Part shown: in pieces, positions 1 through 12,459 of the stretch
How positions within the stretch are numbered: the first letter of the stretch is position 1
Layout: every line of letters starts with the position of its first letter
Source: Octopus vulgaris
Taxonomy: Eukaryota
DNA: 64,000 nucleotides
Assembly: GCA_951406725.2 (NCBI GenBank)
Contig: OX597842.1
Span: 31,124,001 to 31,188,000 of the forward strand
Direction of reading: 5' to 3'
Program-made: the position numbers and the translations under genes
The notes under the pieces: model-generated
Databases searched by the model: none
What the model was told of the DNA's origin: nothing
Seen by the model: only the letters and a program-made list of their open reading frames with translations

Positions 1-31
<31 letters not shown>

Positions 32-643
32 ATGTATATATACATGTGTGTGTATATATGTATATATATGTATGGTGTGTGTGTATGTATATATGTGTGT
101 GTATATATGTGTGTGTATGTATATATTTGTGTGTGTGTATGTATATATATATGTGTGTGTATATATATGTGTGTGTGTATGTATATATATATGTGTGTGT
201 GTATGTATATATATGTGTGTGTGTATGTATATATATATACATGTGTGTGTATGTGCGTTTTGTGCACATGTATGTGTTTGTGTGTTTGTGTGTGTTTGTT
301 TAGTGTACATGTACGGGTGTATGTGTGTGTGTTTTGAAAGTTTGAGTGGGCGGCCAGATGGACTGTGTTTATCAGCAACAGAGGGGTGTGGGGCAAGGGT
401 GGATGGTGGTGGTGGTGATGTAACAAAACAAAGCACATCACAGTTGATGAGGTCATTTGGTGAGGTGGCGGCGAGGGAGGCAGGCGGGAGGCAGTGGTGG
501 TGGTCGTATTGTCTGGTGTCTGCATGTTTGTATGTTCCCCCATCTTTCATCTTGTTTCAGCTAGTAGACTCTGTGGCCATGCTGGGGCACCACCCTCGAA
601 AAGTGTTCGTCGAAAGAATGAATCGAACCAACACCACCAATCG

Positions 644-841
644 TTACTCTTTACTCTTTTACTTGTTTCAGTCATTTGACTGCGGCCATGCTGGAGCACC
701 GCCTTTAGTCGAGCAACTCGACCCCGGGACTTATTCTTTTGTAAGCCCAGTACTTATTCTATCGGTCCCTTTTGCTGAACCACTAAGTGATGGGGACGTA
801 AACACACCAGCATCGGTTGTCAAGCAATGCTAGGGGGACAA

Positions 842-894
<53 letters not shown>

Positions 895-1062
895 TACGAT
901 AGGCTTCTTTCAGTTTCCGTCTACCAAATCCACCCACAAGACTTTGGTCGGCCCGAAGCTATAGTATAAGACACTTGCCCAAGGTGCCACGCAGTGGGAC
1001 TGAACCCGGAACCATGTGGTTGGGAAGCAAGCTTCTTACCTTCACAGCCACGCTTGAGCCTA
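644..1062 (-). mobile_element. SINE family A (tRNA-like head, CORE-like segment, internal TA/TG microsatellite, (GTAAAAGA)n tail)
   Basis: Full match to the ~400 bp repeat present more than 20 times in the window, whole or in part. Confidence 0.85.
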
Positions 1063-1079
1063 TATAACATTTTTGTTAT

Positions 1080-1313
1080 AAGGTGGCGAGCTGGCAGAAA
1101 CGTTAGTGCGCCGGGCGAAATGCGTAGCCGTATTTTGTCTGCCCTTACGTTCTGAGTTCAAATTCCACCAAGGTCGACTTTGCCTTTCATCCTTTCGGGG
1201 TCGATAAATTAAATACCAGTTATGCACTGGGGTCGATGTAATCGACTTAATCCGTTTGTCTGTCCTTGTTTGTCCCCTCTGTGTTTAGCCCCTTGTGGGT
1301 AGTAAAGAAATAT
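1080..1313 (+). mobile_element. SINE family B (tRNA-like head; central cctttcatcctttcggggtcgataaattaagtaccag domain resembling the Meta-SINE domain)
   Basis: ggcgagctggcagaaacgttag (A box), gagttcaaattcc (B box); more than 15 copies in the window. Confidence 0.8.
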
Positions 1314-1768
1314 ATATAACATTTTTGTTGTGATTCATATATTCCTGTACATATGTGTGTGCGTGTATGGTCACGCATGGTTTTGTGTGTGTGTGTGTGT
1401 GTGTGTGTGACATCTCCTAATCTTGCATGGTGGTTGTAAATGAGAGTCACTGTTATACTAGCGGTGTTGTGTCTCTCCAATCTTCCATGAAAATTATGTC
1501 GGGCCAAGGAGAAAACTTTATAAAAAAACCTGCCTCAATAAAATTTGCCTGACCCATGCCAGCATGGAAAAGCGGACTTTGAAAAGACGATGATGATGAT
1601 GATGATGATGATCTATATTTGTTTGGTTTTCCGTCTGTTTTTTCCCACTTTGGCATGGATTGGACGAGATGTCGCCGAGACGGAATTTCCTACAGATGGG
1701 ATGCTCTTTGTGTCACCAACCTTTCTTTCCTAAAAGAAGAGATTTGCTGCTGCCATGAATGATAGCCT

Positions 1769-1995
1769 CTTTTACTCTTTTACTTGTTTCAGTCATTTGA
1801 CTGTGGCCATGCTGGAGCACCGCCTTTAATCGAGCAACTCGACCCTGGAACTTATTGTTTGTAAGCCCAGTACTTATTCTATCGGTCTCTTTTGCCGAAC
1901 CGCTAAGTGACGGCCCGAGGCTATAGTAGAAGACACTTGCCCAAGGTGCCACGCAGTGGGACTGAACCCGGAACCATGTGGCTGGTAAGCAAGCT
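1769..1995 (-). mobile_element. SINE A with internal deletion
   Basis: Tail and head halves fused at ...cgctaagtga|cggcccgagg. Confidence 0.8.
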
Positions 1996-2244
1996 ACTTA
2001 CCACACAGCCACTCCATGTTGAATGGAGATTATTGACCAGATATATTTTCTTGTTCTTGGGCCTTTGTGGCACTTTAACAACCGTGGCATTCACACGTGC
2101 GTTCGGTGGGTGGGTAGGGGGCACTCTACGTATCTCCCTCCCTCACGCCCACCCACATCCCAAACCCCACAATGTTGTCCGTTTTGATGCAGATGCATCA
2201 TCACCCTGCACCAGTGCCACACCCTTCACTCCTACAATCACAAC

Positions 2245-2505
2245 TACTACCACCACCACCACCACCACCACCATCATCATCACCACCACCATCACCACCA
2301 CCACCATCATCATCACCACCACCATCATCATTATCACAACCATCACCATCATCACCACCACCATCATCATTATCACAACCATCACCATCATCACCACCAC
2401 CATCATCATCATCATCACCACCACCATCATTGTCATCATCACCACCCACCACCACCACCAATACCACCATGACCACCACCACCACCATCACCACCACCAC
2501 CATCA
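2245..2505. repeat. (CAC/CAT)n trinucleotide tract
   Basis: Directly visible. Confidence 0.95.
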
Positions 2506-2745
2506 TCTGCTTCATTCTCTTTGTTTTCCTCTCAATGCAGCCAGAATTCTGTTCTGTCTCTTGCTCTCACCATACGCATGTATGTAGACATGGGTGTAGA
2601 CCTCATCTATACACACCCACATAAGTGCACGCGTGTGCACTTGTCTCTTTGCATTTACTAATCGTAACGGGCATGCGTTGTGCACAACTTATCTAAAAAT
2701 ATATACATACATTCACACACGCATGCATATATACATATATATATG

Positions 2746-2789
<44 letters not shown>

Positions 2790-2792
<3 letters not shown>

Positions 2793-3360
2793 TCTTTTAC
2801 TTGTTTCAGTCATTTGACTGTGGCCATGCTGGAGCACCGACTTTAGTCGAACGAAATGACCCCAGGCCTTATTCTTTGTAAGTGTAGTACTTATTCTAGC
2901 AGTCACTTTTGCTGAACTGCTAAGTTACGGGGACGTAAACACAACATTGGTTGTCTAGTGATTGTGGTGGGAACAGACACACACCTATATATATATGTAC
3001 ATATATATTATGTGAAATAGAAAGATGAATAATCTTGTAGTAGATTAATCAAAAGTTTAACCGATACCTTAGTAGCAAAAATCACAGCAGTAAACACGTG
3101 TAGAATGAAATAAAACGATTTCTGTTCAATCTGCGTTCAGCTCCATTTCTTCAATTCACCAATAATATGTACATATATATATATATATATACATATATAT
3201 ACACACACGACAGGCTTCTTTCAGTTTCCGACTACCAAATCCACTCACAAGGCTTTGGTCTGCCCAGGGCTATAGCAGAAGACACTTGCCCAAGGTGCCA
3301 CGCAGTGGGACTGAACCCGGAACCATGTGGTAGGGCAGCAAGCTACTTACCACACAGCCA
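2790..3360 (-). mobile_element. SINE A split by a 156 bp insertion in its microsatellite
   Basis: Tail half 2790-2985, head half 3207-3360. Confidence 0.75.
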
Positions 3361-3639
3361 CACACATATATATACATATTCACCTAATCATACACACACA
3401 CACACAAGCACATACAAATATCGACACACACACACACACGTTTATATACATTCCCACTGCATCAGTGTTATTGTTGTTTAACCCTAGGCCAGTCCTAATC
3501 GTGGAGACCAGCAATTAAAGACAGCCCAGTAGTGGCCTTCCCATTTTTACCTCTGGTTTTTCTAAGGCACGAAGGACAGTTTGGTGTGAGATTTGGCTGC
3601 TATTTCTACCGCATCTAACTGCCTGGATGTCTCCCAGCC

Positions 3640-3703
<64 letters not shown>

Positions 3704-4355
3704 ATGTAATTCTCACCATTCAGTACCTCTACCCCCCCCCCCCCCCACAGCCGCCATCGTCATCACCAGTTCATCATTTTGCCTCCCACACTTATTGTTG
3801 TTGCTTCATCACTCTCCACCTCTCCACCATGACCACCACCACCTCCTCCTGGTCCACCATAGTTTTTCACTTCCATGCTCCCTGTCCCTATGTACAGCTG
3901 TGGGCCAGTGTGGGGGTGTGTGTGTATATATATATGTGTGTGTGTGTCTAGCTGTGTGGGTATATATATATTTATCTATACACACACACGTGTGTGTGTG
4001 TGTGTGTGTGACCAGGAGAAGGTTATGGTATGTGTGTGTATGTGTGTCTCTGGGTATATATAATGTACACATACATATAAACACATGAATGTACGTTTGT
4101 GTGTGTGTAAACATGGGAATTTCTGTGTGTGTGTGTGTGTGTATACAAGTATATATATGTATATACTGTATGCAAGTGTATATATATATATATATATATA
4201 TTTGTGTGTGTGTGTATATATATATGTGTGTGTGTGTGTATATATATATATATGTGTATGTGTGTGTGTCTATACAAGTATATATATGTATATACTGTAT
4301 GCAAGTGTATATATATATATATATATATATTTGTGTGTGTGTATATATATATATT

Positions 4356-4398
<43 letters not shown>

Positions 4399-4789
4399 AT
4401 ACAAGTATATATGCAAGTATATATACAAGTATATATACTGTATGCAAGTGTGTATATATATCTCATAGCACATGTATTCAGTCAACCCTTTACTCTCTCT
4501 CTCTCTCTCTCTCTCCATCCACACAACACTCACTCCTCCCTCCCTCCCTCCCTCTCTCTTCATTCCATACATACCAAAAACCACAGCCTCAGTCACTGCT
4601 GCTTGCCGTAGTAGTAGTCGTAGTAGTAGTAGTAGTAGTAGTAGTAGCAGTGGTGGTAGTGGTGGTTTTGTAATTTGTAGTAGTGTGGGTGATAGTAGTA
4701 ATCAGGGTTAAATTGTTGTTGCCACAGACGTAGTATATGTAGAAAACGTGTGGTGCCTGTCTTTGGTATAGGTGGTAGTGCTGCTTCTA

Positions 4790-5440
4790 AACACCTCTTC
4801 ACTGTCGTGGCTTGTGTGGTAGTATGTATTAAACCCCTTCTCAGAAGTGGCGACAGCAACTTACAGTATTGGTGGTAGTTGTGGTGGTGGTGGTGGTGGT
4901 GGTAATAGCTATTATTATTGTTGTGGCTTGTGTGATAGTAGTAACAGTGGTGATAGCAACTTACAGTATGTGTGGTAGTAGAGGAGTGGTAAGTATTTGT
5001 TGGTGGTCGTGACTGAGGTGGTAGTTGTGATGGTGGTGCTGCTCTGTTGTGGCTTGTGTGGTAGTATGTATAAACTACATACAGAAGTGGTAACAGCAAC
5101 TTGTATTGGTGGTAGTTGTGGTGGTGGTAATAGTTTGTGGCTTGTGTGATAGTAGTAACCCTTCTCAGAAGTAGTGACAGCAACTTACAGTATGTGTGGT
5201 AGTAGAGGAGTGGTAAGTATTTGTTGGTGGTCGTGGTTGGAGTGGCAGTTGTGATGGTGGTCTGCAGCTAATAACTATCTCTGTTGTGGTTTGTGTGGTA
5301 GTATTAAGCCTTCTTAGCAGTGGTGACAGCAACTTACAGTATGTGTGGTAGTAGAAGCAGTTGTAAGTATTATTATTGGTGGTCGTGGTTGGAGTGGCAG
5401 TTTTACAGGTCATAGTAGTTGTGGTGGTGGTGGTGGTTGT
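4790..5440. repeat. Complex GT-rich minisatellite
   Basis: Recurrent cagcaacttacagtatgtgtggtagtaga / gtggcttgtgtggtagta blocks. Confidence 0.8.
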
Positions 5441-5499
5441 AAGTGGTGCTCAAAGAAGTTCTTCCCTGCTGTTGTTTCGGTGGTAGTAACCATGTGACG

Positions 5500-6904
5500 C
5501 TGGTGGTGGTGGTGGTGGCGGTGGTGATGGGTTTGTTCTCTCCCCGCCAGATTCCGTGACCATCCAGCCTCCATGTCTCACTGAACAAACAACCCTCCAC
5601 CACCGCCACCCCCCCCTCGCCCCCCACAACACTTCCCTCACTCTTCCCTCTTCCATGGTTCTCTTACCTCTTACTATCACCACCACAACAAGAGCTCTCT
5701 CTCTCTCTGTCTCCCTTACACTTTCTCCTACCTCTCTCTCTTCCTCTCTATTTACTCCCTTCCACCACCACCACCATCGTCCTCTTCCTACCTTCCCCCT
5801 TGTCTTCCCCCCCTCTGACCACCATTCATACTCCTTCCACCACCACCACCACCACGTCTCCACTGGTGCCTGCTTTGCTTTCTTCCTCTCCCTCTCCCAC
5901 CGCCGCCTTCGCCTCCGTCGCCACCACCACCACTTCTCCACTGGTGCCTGCTTTGCTTTCTTCCCCTCCCTCTCCTCCCTGTGTTTTGCCACCGTCCCTC
6001 TCCCTCTCCCACCGCCGCCTCCGCCTCCGCCGCCACCATTCAGCCATCCATGAATCCCATCCACCCAACCAACCAACCAGCCAGACTTTCCATCTTATCA
6101 ACCTCTCTTTCTCTTCCTTCCCTCCCTCCCTCCCTGTCCACTCTGTGCGTGCTCGCGCGCGCGCCCCCCTCTCTCTCTCTCTCTGTTATTCAACCACCAC
6201 GCACCCCCTCCCGGCCTTTGCCGCTGCCACCACCACCACCACCACCATGTCACTGTTTCCTATTCACACCCACACTTCTTCCATCCACCCTCATCTCTCT
6301 CTCTCTCTCTCTGTCTCTTTGTTTCTTTACCTTCCCCTTCCCATTTCACCACCGACGACGCCTTCGCCGCCGCCACCACCACCATATCTGTTTCTCATTT
6401 TCAAGCACACACGCACGCACACACTCTCTCCCTCCCTCTCTGTACCTGTGTGCGTGTGTGTCTCTCTCTCTCTCTGTCTCTTTACCTTCCCCTTCCCATT
6501 TCACCACCGCCGCCGCCGCCGCCACCACCATACACACTCTCTCCTTCCCTCCGTCTCTGTACCTGTGCGCGTGTTTGTGCGTGTCTCTCTCTCTCTCTGT
6601 GACTGTTTCTTTGTTTCTCTCCTTTCTCTCTTCCACCACCACCACCATCACCACATATCGCTTTCTGCCTCCCTCCCTTCCTCCCTCCATCTCTTTTTTC
6701 CTCTTCCACCCCCCTACTCTCTCTCTCTCACACCTTTTCCCTTTCTTTCTCTCTCTCTCTCTCATATCCCAACACACACACACACACACACACACACAGC
6801 TACATTCTCTGCTGGGAAGTCACAGAAGAGTTTCTCTTAATTCTCTGCCTGGCTTCCACCAACCTCCTCCTCACCATAAACACACACACACACACATACA
6901 CACA

Positions 6905-6936
<32 letters not shown>

Positions 6937-7330
6937 TCTATGTACACAGTGACATATACATACATGCACACACACAAACACATCACATAAGGCCATCTCT
7001 CCATCCTCCAACACTGCTTCAAACTCTTTGTGTGTGTGTGTGTGTGTGTGTGTGTCTGCCTGTGTGAGTGTGACTCTGGGAGGAGGAGGGAGGAGGAGGA
7101 AAACGGTGTGCGAGAGAAAGAGAGAGGGGAGAGAGGGGGAGAGAGTTAGTTTGTTACGGAGAAGGGTGAGAGAGAGGGGGAAGGAACCTGCTCTCCTCTC
7201 GCACTTTGCAGGACGGTCCGCGCAGGATTAAGACGCATTCTCTTGCTTCTGGGGGAAGAGAAAGAACATCAACATCAAAACTTTAACCCCTTTTGGAATT
7301 TAAAATCCCTAAATCCTTACGAAAAAAAAA
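5500..7330. promoter_or_regulatory. Candidate promoter or first-exon region
   Basis: SINE-free, CpG-containing (gctcgcgcgcgcg, ccgccgccg), with strong CT/GA strand skew that flips near 7070; unique sequence at 7190-7320. Indirect evidence only. Confidence 0.25.
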
Positions 7331-7618
7331 AAAAAGACCCTTACTTCTCTTGTATATATATATATATATTAGTAGTATATATATTATTGCATATTGTATA
7401 TAATATAATATATATATATATATATATACATACATTGGATTGGAAAAACTCATTTCTCTGAAAAAAAAATTACCTTTTTGGATAATTTTGCCTTTTACAC
7501 TCACGTATGTATATCAATTGCTTTTAGTACACCCTTAAAAGACCCTTACTTCTCTTGTATATATATACTAGTAGTATATATATTATTGCATATTGTATAT
7601 ATAATAATATACTTTATA

Positions 7619-7653
<35 letters not shown>

Positions 7654-7750
7654 CATTAGATTGGAAAAAAACTCATTTCTTTGAAAAAAAATTACCTTTT
7701 TGGATAATTTTGCCTTTTACACTCACGTATGTATATCAATTACTTTTAGT
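7331..7750. repeat. Tandem duplication, ~205-215 bp x2
   Basis: aaaagacccttacttctcttg...cactcacgtatgtatatcaatt occurs twice. Confidence 0.9.
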
Positions 7751-8251
7751 AGAGCCTTAATTGAGGATATTAATTAATTTATAACACACACACACATAAA
7801 GAATCTATCACCTTTTCATTGCTGTGTTTTAAAAAAAAAACTGCAGAAAAGTTATATATATTTTCTATATGTGTGTGTATATTAATTACAGATATGTAAT
7901 TATATACTTGTATGTTTTTTCATTATTTTTTATTAACGAGGAGCGAAAGTTGGAGTGACTCGAGAGCTGAATGTTTCGTGTATATATTTGGCACTTCACC
8001 AAAAACTATACCCGCGCGAATATATATATATGTGTGTGTGTGTGTGTATACATGTATAGTATGTGCGTATATTTTTCATTCTGAATTTTTCCTTAATTGA
8101 TCAACAGTAGTTTGTATCCAAGTGTGACTCGGGGGCTGAGAGTTTCGTGTAGTGCAGCACTATCATCAGCGAACCTTTAATATAACCACACACGCATACA
8201 CAGCCTCTGTTTTCTGGGGATTTTTGTTTTTTTACCTTTCATGCAAGCATT

Positions 8252-8296
<45 letters not shown>

Positions 8297-9404
8297 GGAT
8301 TCATAAAATAATGTGGCTTTCACAGTAAGCTCCTCCAACAGACTTGGCTAGCAGACCACACAACAATCCAATACAGAGGATTATTATTACTACATGAAGA
8401 AGGCTGCTACAATACATGTCTTTAAGTGATGAATATGTTTGTGACATTTGTCGGCTTATGAAACTATTAGTAGCAGCACTTCAAGACGTGTATTGTGTCC
8501 TTTAAAATAAATAGTATTTATCTTTCAGAACCAGATTGGATGGGACATGTTTCTTTGGGGTTTTTTTCTCTGGTAGAGCTTTCGATAAACTCCGACAGAC
8601 AAGAATTTCAAAGTTCTTGGTGTGTGGATCTCTGTCCATAGGAAAAAGTTGTGCATCTATAAATATACACACATTCACATGCATACATATATATACACAT
8701 ACACACACACACACCTGGTGATGTTTTTGACATATAAACCATAAAAAGTCGGGAGCTCACAAGGGGTGAATAAATATATTTATTTAACCACTTGACATCT
8801 TCACCATTCAGCAGCCTTCTTCATGTAATAATGATAATAAACCCTCTGTATTGGGATTACTGTGTGGTCTGCTAGCCGTGTCTGGTAGAGGAGCTTACTG
8901 TGAAAGCGATGTGATTTTATGAATCCATATACTACACTGCAAATTTATATACACGCATATGTGTGTGTGTATATTTACATATATACATGCACACACATGC
9001 ATATATATGCTTCTTTCATGCATATCAGTTGGAATTCTAAATGTCAACTACATGAAACCTTTAGTTGTGTTGGGAAAAAACGTTATTTATCAAAATGTGT
9101 GTGTGTCGTGCAAATAGATTTATCATTCTTGTGGAACAAAGATTTCAGGAAGTGCCTCACCTCACGGTTGATTTATTGCATATATATATATACACCCTGT
9201 CTACTTCAAAATTTAATATTCATACACACACCCCATTTATCATAATGTTCTTTGTAGTTTGAGGATGTGTGTGTGTGTATATATATATATATAGTATATT
9301 GTATATATACAAGGTGCTCCAGCATGGCCACTGTCAAATGACTGAAACAAGTCCCAAGACTAAAAGAATAATACATGTATGTGTGTTTAATTGTTTTTTT
9401 ATTA

Positions 9405-9752
9405 CCCACAAGGGGCTGAATATAGAGGGCACAAAAAAAGGGATTAAGTCGATTACATCGACCCCCAATGCGTAACTGGTACTTATAAGTCGACTTAGGC
9501 GGAATTTGAACTCAGAATACCTATTTGTTTACTGCCCATGAGGGGCTAAACACAGAGAGGACAAACAAGGACTGATAAATGGATTAAATTGATTACATCG
9601 ACCCCAGTGCGTAACTGGTACTTAATTTATCGACCCCGAAAAGATGAAAGGCAAAGTCGACTTTGGTGGAATTTGAACTCAGAACGTAACGGCAGACGAA
9701 ATACGGCTACACTTTTCGCCCGGCGTGCTAACGATTCTGCCAGCTCACCACC
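9405..9752 (-). mobile_element. SINE B, dimeric
   Basis: Body and tail repeated twice. Confidence 0.75.
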
Positions 9753-10206
9753 TTTGTGTGTGTTTATAATATGGCCACCACCACTGTATGTATGTATGTG
9801 TGTGTGTGTGTGTGTATGTAGTCATTGGTATTCGGCAGAAGTGTCAGTGACTCAAAGACTGAAAGTTTTGTGTGTCAGTATGTGTCAAATTCCAAATACC
9901 TGTGTGTATATACTCACATAAATATGTATATAGTAAAAATATACCGTGGGGAGTGGAATATCTGACATTTCGGATTCAGGATTCAATCCTTCTCCTCCTC
10001 CGTCAGGGGACAGAGAAAAAGAGGAGGATGGAATCTGAAATATTGGATATTCCACTCCCCATTCACTTTTCTCCCATATTTTTTTCAAGTCTTGCCGACA
10101 CAGAGCTATTGGATTATTTGCCTGATTATTATTATTATATATGTATGTATGTATGTGTGTATATATGTATGTATATATGTTTGTGTATATATGTATGTAT
10201 ATATAT

Positions 10207-10508
10207 GGAGGCGCAATGGCCCAATGGTTAGGGTAGCAGACTCGCGGTTTCGATTCCCAGACCGGGCGTTGTGTTTGTTGAGCGAAAATACCTAAAAGTT
10301 CCATGAGGCTCCAGCAGGGGCTGGTGGCGATCCCTGCTGTACCCTTTCACCACAACTTTCTCCCACTCTTCTCTCTTCTGTCGGCCTGCTCGCTTAGCCA
10401 GCGGGGTGGCATCATTTGAAGGCTCGAACAATGTGAAGCGCATTGTGACCAGCGATGTGTAACAAACACCATCTGATAGCCTGGTCGGTCACATTGATCA
10501 TGGTGATA
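10207..10508 (+). mobile_element. SINE family C (tRNA-Arg-like head), tail type 1
   Basis: tggcccaatggttagg (A box), gtttcgattcc (B box); head and body shared with the 46752 and 59064 copies. Confidence 0.75.
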
Positions 10509-10869
10509 TATATATATATATATATATTGATATGTATATGATACACTTTTATCAACAAAATTTTCGTCTACATCCTCAAGAACTTGTATCGGTTTACATT
10601 CATTGAAAGAAAAGAGCTGCATTTTTTTCAGAAAGTTGAGGAGAAACGTGATCGAAGTTGGAGGGGAGGGGCTAATCTATAGTTACATCTACACACACAC
10701 ACACACACACACACCCGGTCCCTTGGATTTATGTCTTCGTAAAGAAGTTTCTTGGTGGTATCTTTAAAATTGAAAGGTGTTTGTTTCCGGCCACGACCAT
10801 CATGTATCAACGTGAGGAAATTGTGTAACAATGTCTCCTTTTGTGTCTTTAATGATGGCATGAAGCGAT

Positions 10870-11430
10870 TAGGCTGCTTTTTCTAACAGGTCGAGCTATC
10901 GTGTAGAGGTCTCTCCCTCATTGGTTTAGACCTACATAAATAAAACTGTAGGGTGTGATTTGAGGGAAAAGTGGCTGCTATTTCTAACAGGTCTCCCTCA
11001 TTGGCTCATACATAGATAAGACAGTTGGGTGTGATTTGAGAGAGATTTGGCTGCTATTTCTACCAGGTTTAGCTACCATGTAGAGGTCTCCTTCATTGGC
11101 TCATACATACATATATACATAGATAAGAGAGTAGGGTGTGATTTGAGGGAGATTTGGCTGCTATTTCTAGTAGGTCAAGCTACCATGTAGAGGTCTCCCT
11201 CATTGGCTCATACATACATATATACATAGATAAGAGCCTCATTGGCTCATACATACATATATACATAGATAAGAGAGTAGGGTGTGATTTGAGGGAGATT
11301 TGGCTGCTATTTCTACCAGGTCTAGCTACCATGTAGAGGTCTCCCTCATTGGCTCATACATACATATATACATAGATAAGAGAGTAGGGTGTGATTTGAG
11401 GGAGATTTGGCTGCTATTTCTAGCAGGTCT
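10870..11430. repeat. Minisatellite, ~105 bp x5
   Basis: gggtgtgatttgagggagatttggctgctatttcta...ctcattggctcatacat repeated. Confidence 0.9.
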
Positions 11431-11747
11431 CAATTCACTTTGGCTGGAATTGAACTTGGAATGTGTTCAGAGCTAGAACAACCATAAAAACACTTACTGC
11501 AGATAAATACTCAAACTATACACCTTGTAATCTGCTGTCATATTTAAAGGAATGATGTATATAAAAAAAATGACAACCGATGGTGGCGTGGCTATGCTCC
11601 CGTAACATAGCGGTTCGGCAAAAGCGACTGATAGAATAAGTACTAGACTTACAAAGAATAAGTCCCGGGGTCAATTCGTTCAACTAAAAGTGGTGCTCCG
11701 GCATGGCCACAGTCAAATGACTGAAACAAATGAATTAATAATAAAAA

Positions 11748-11780
<33 letters not shown>

Positions 11781-12124
11781 ATTGCATTATTATATACACC
11801 CTCTTATTTCTGAATATTTTTTCTACAGAAGGAAGAAATGAATACATTTTTATAATAATTCTTTTAAATCCCAGCAGAATACCAGTAATTCTGAGGGGGT
11901 GAGGGTCAGTGGATAGGATTGATCCCTGTACTTCACTGATACTTTCTTTATTGACTCGGGAACGGCAAAAGTCAATATGCCGCAGTACATGGAGCACCCC
12001 TCCTTCCTACCCCCCACCAGTGCTCTAACGATTCTCCAACTTCACCACGTTACATAATAATAATGATGATAATAATTAATTCGTTTATTGGCCTCAAGAG
12101 CTAACAAAAATCAATTAAAACATT

Positions 12125-12390
12125 ATCATCATCATCGTTTAACGTCCGTTTTCCATGCTGGCATGGGTTGGACGGTTCAACTGGGGTCTGGGAAGCCAGA
12201 AGGCTGCACCAGGCCCAGTCTGATCTGGCAGTGTTTCTACAGCTGGATGCCCTTCCTAACGCCAACCACTCCGTGAGTGCGTTTTACGTGCCAGACGAGG
12301 CTGGCAAACAGCCACGGACGGATGGTGCTTTTTACATGCCACCGGCACGGAGGCCAGGCGAGGCTGGCACGGCAACGATCGGATGGTGTT
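12125..12390 (-). mobile_element. Family D LINE 3' UTR
   Basis: catcatcatcgtttaacgtccgttttccatgctggcatggg... consensus. Confidence 0.7.
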
Positions 12391-12459
12391 TGTTACAGAT
12401 GGAAACATAAAGGGACAAAACAGAGGCTGAAAGTTAGAAAGGGTTTTGTCCGTTTAATA

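Noticed and set aside
24-833. Long IY/CV/HT-repeat ORFs (also 3809-4673, 14546-15447, 38857-39490, 44569-45617, 60003-60570)
   Set aside because: Translations of stop-free TA/TG microsatellites; not genes.
1907-2624. Poly-T/H/P/G ORFs resembling mucin or extensin
   Set aside because: CAC/CAT trinucleotide tract open in several frames, fused to a SINE; no exon signals.
5450-6952. Several 150-346 aa ORFs on both strands
   Set aside because: Low-complexity CT/CCA sequence lacks stops by composition; no domain signature.
10870-11430. Repeat-spacer-like array (CRISPR?)
   Set aside because: Whole units repeat with no unique spacers; eukaryotic context; no cas genes.
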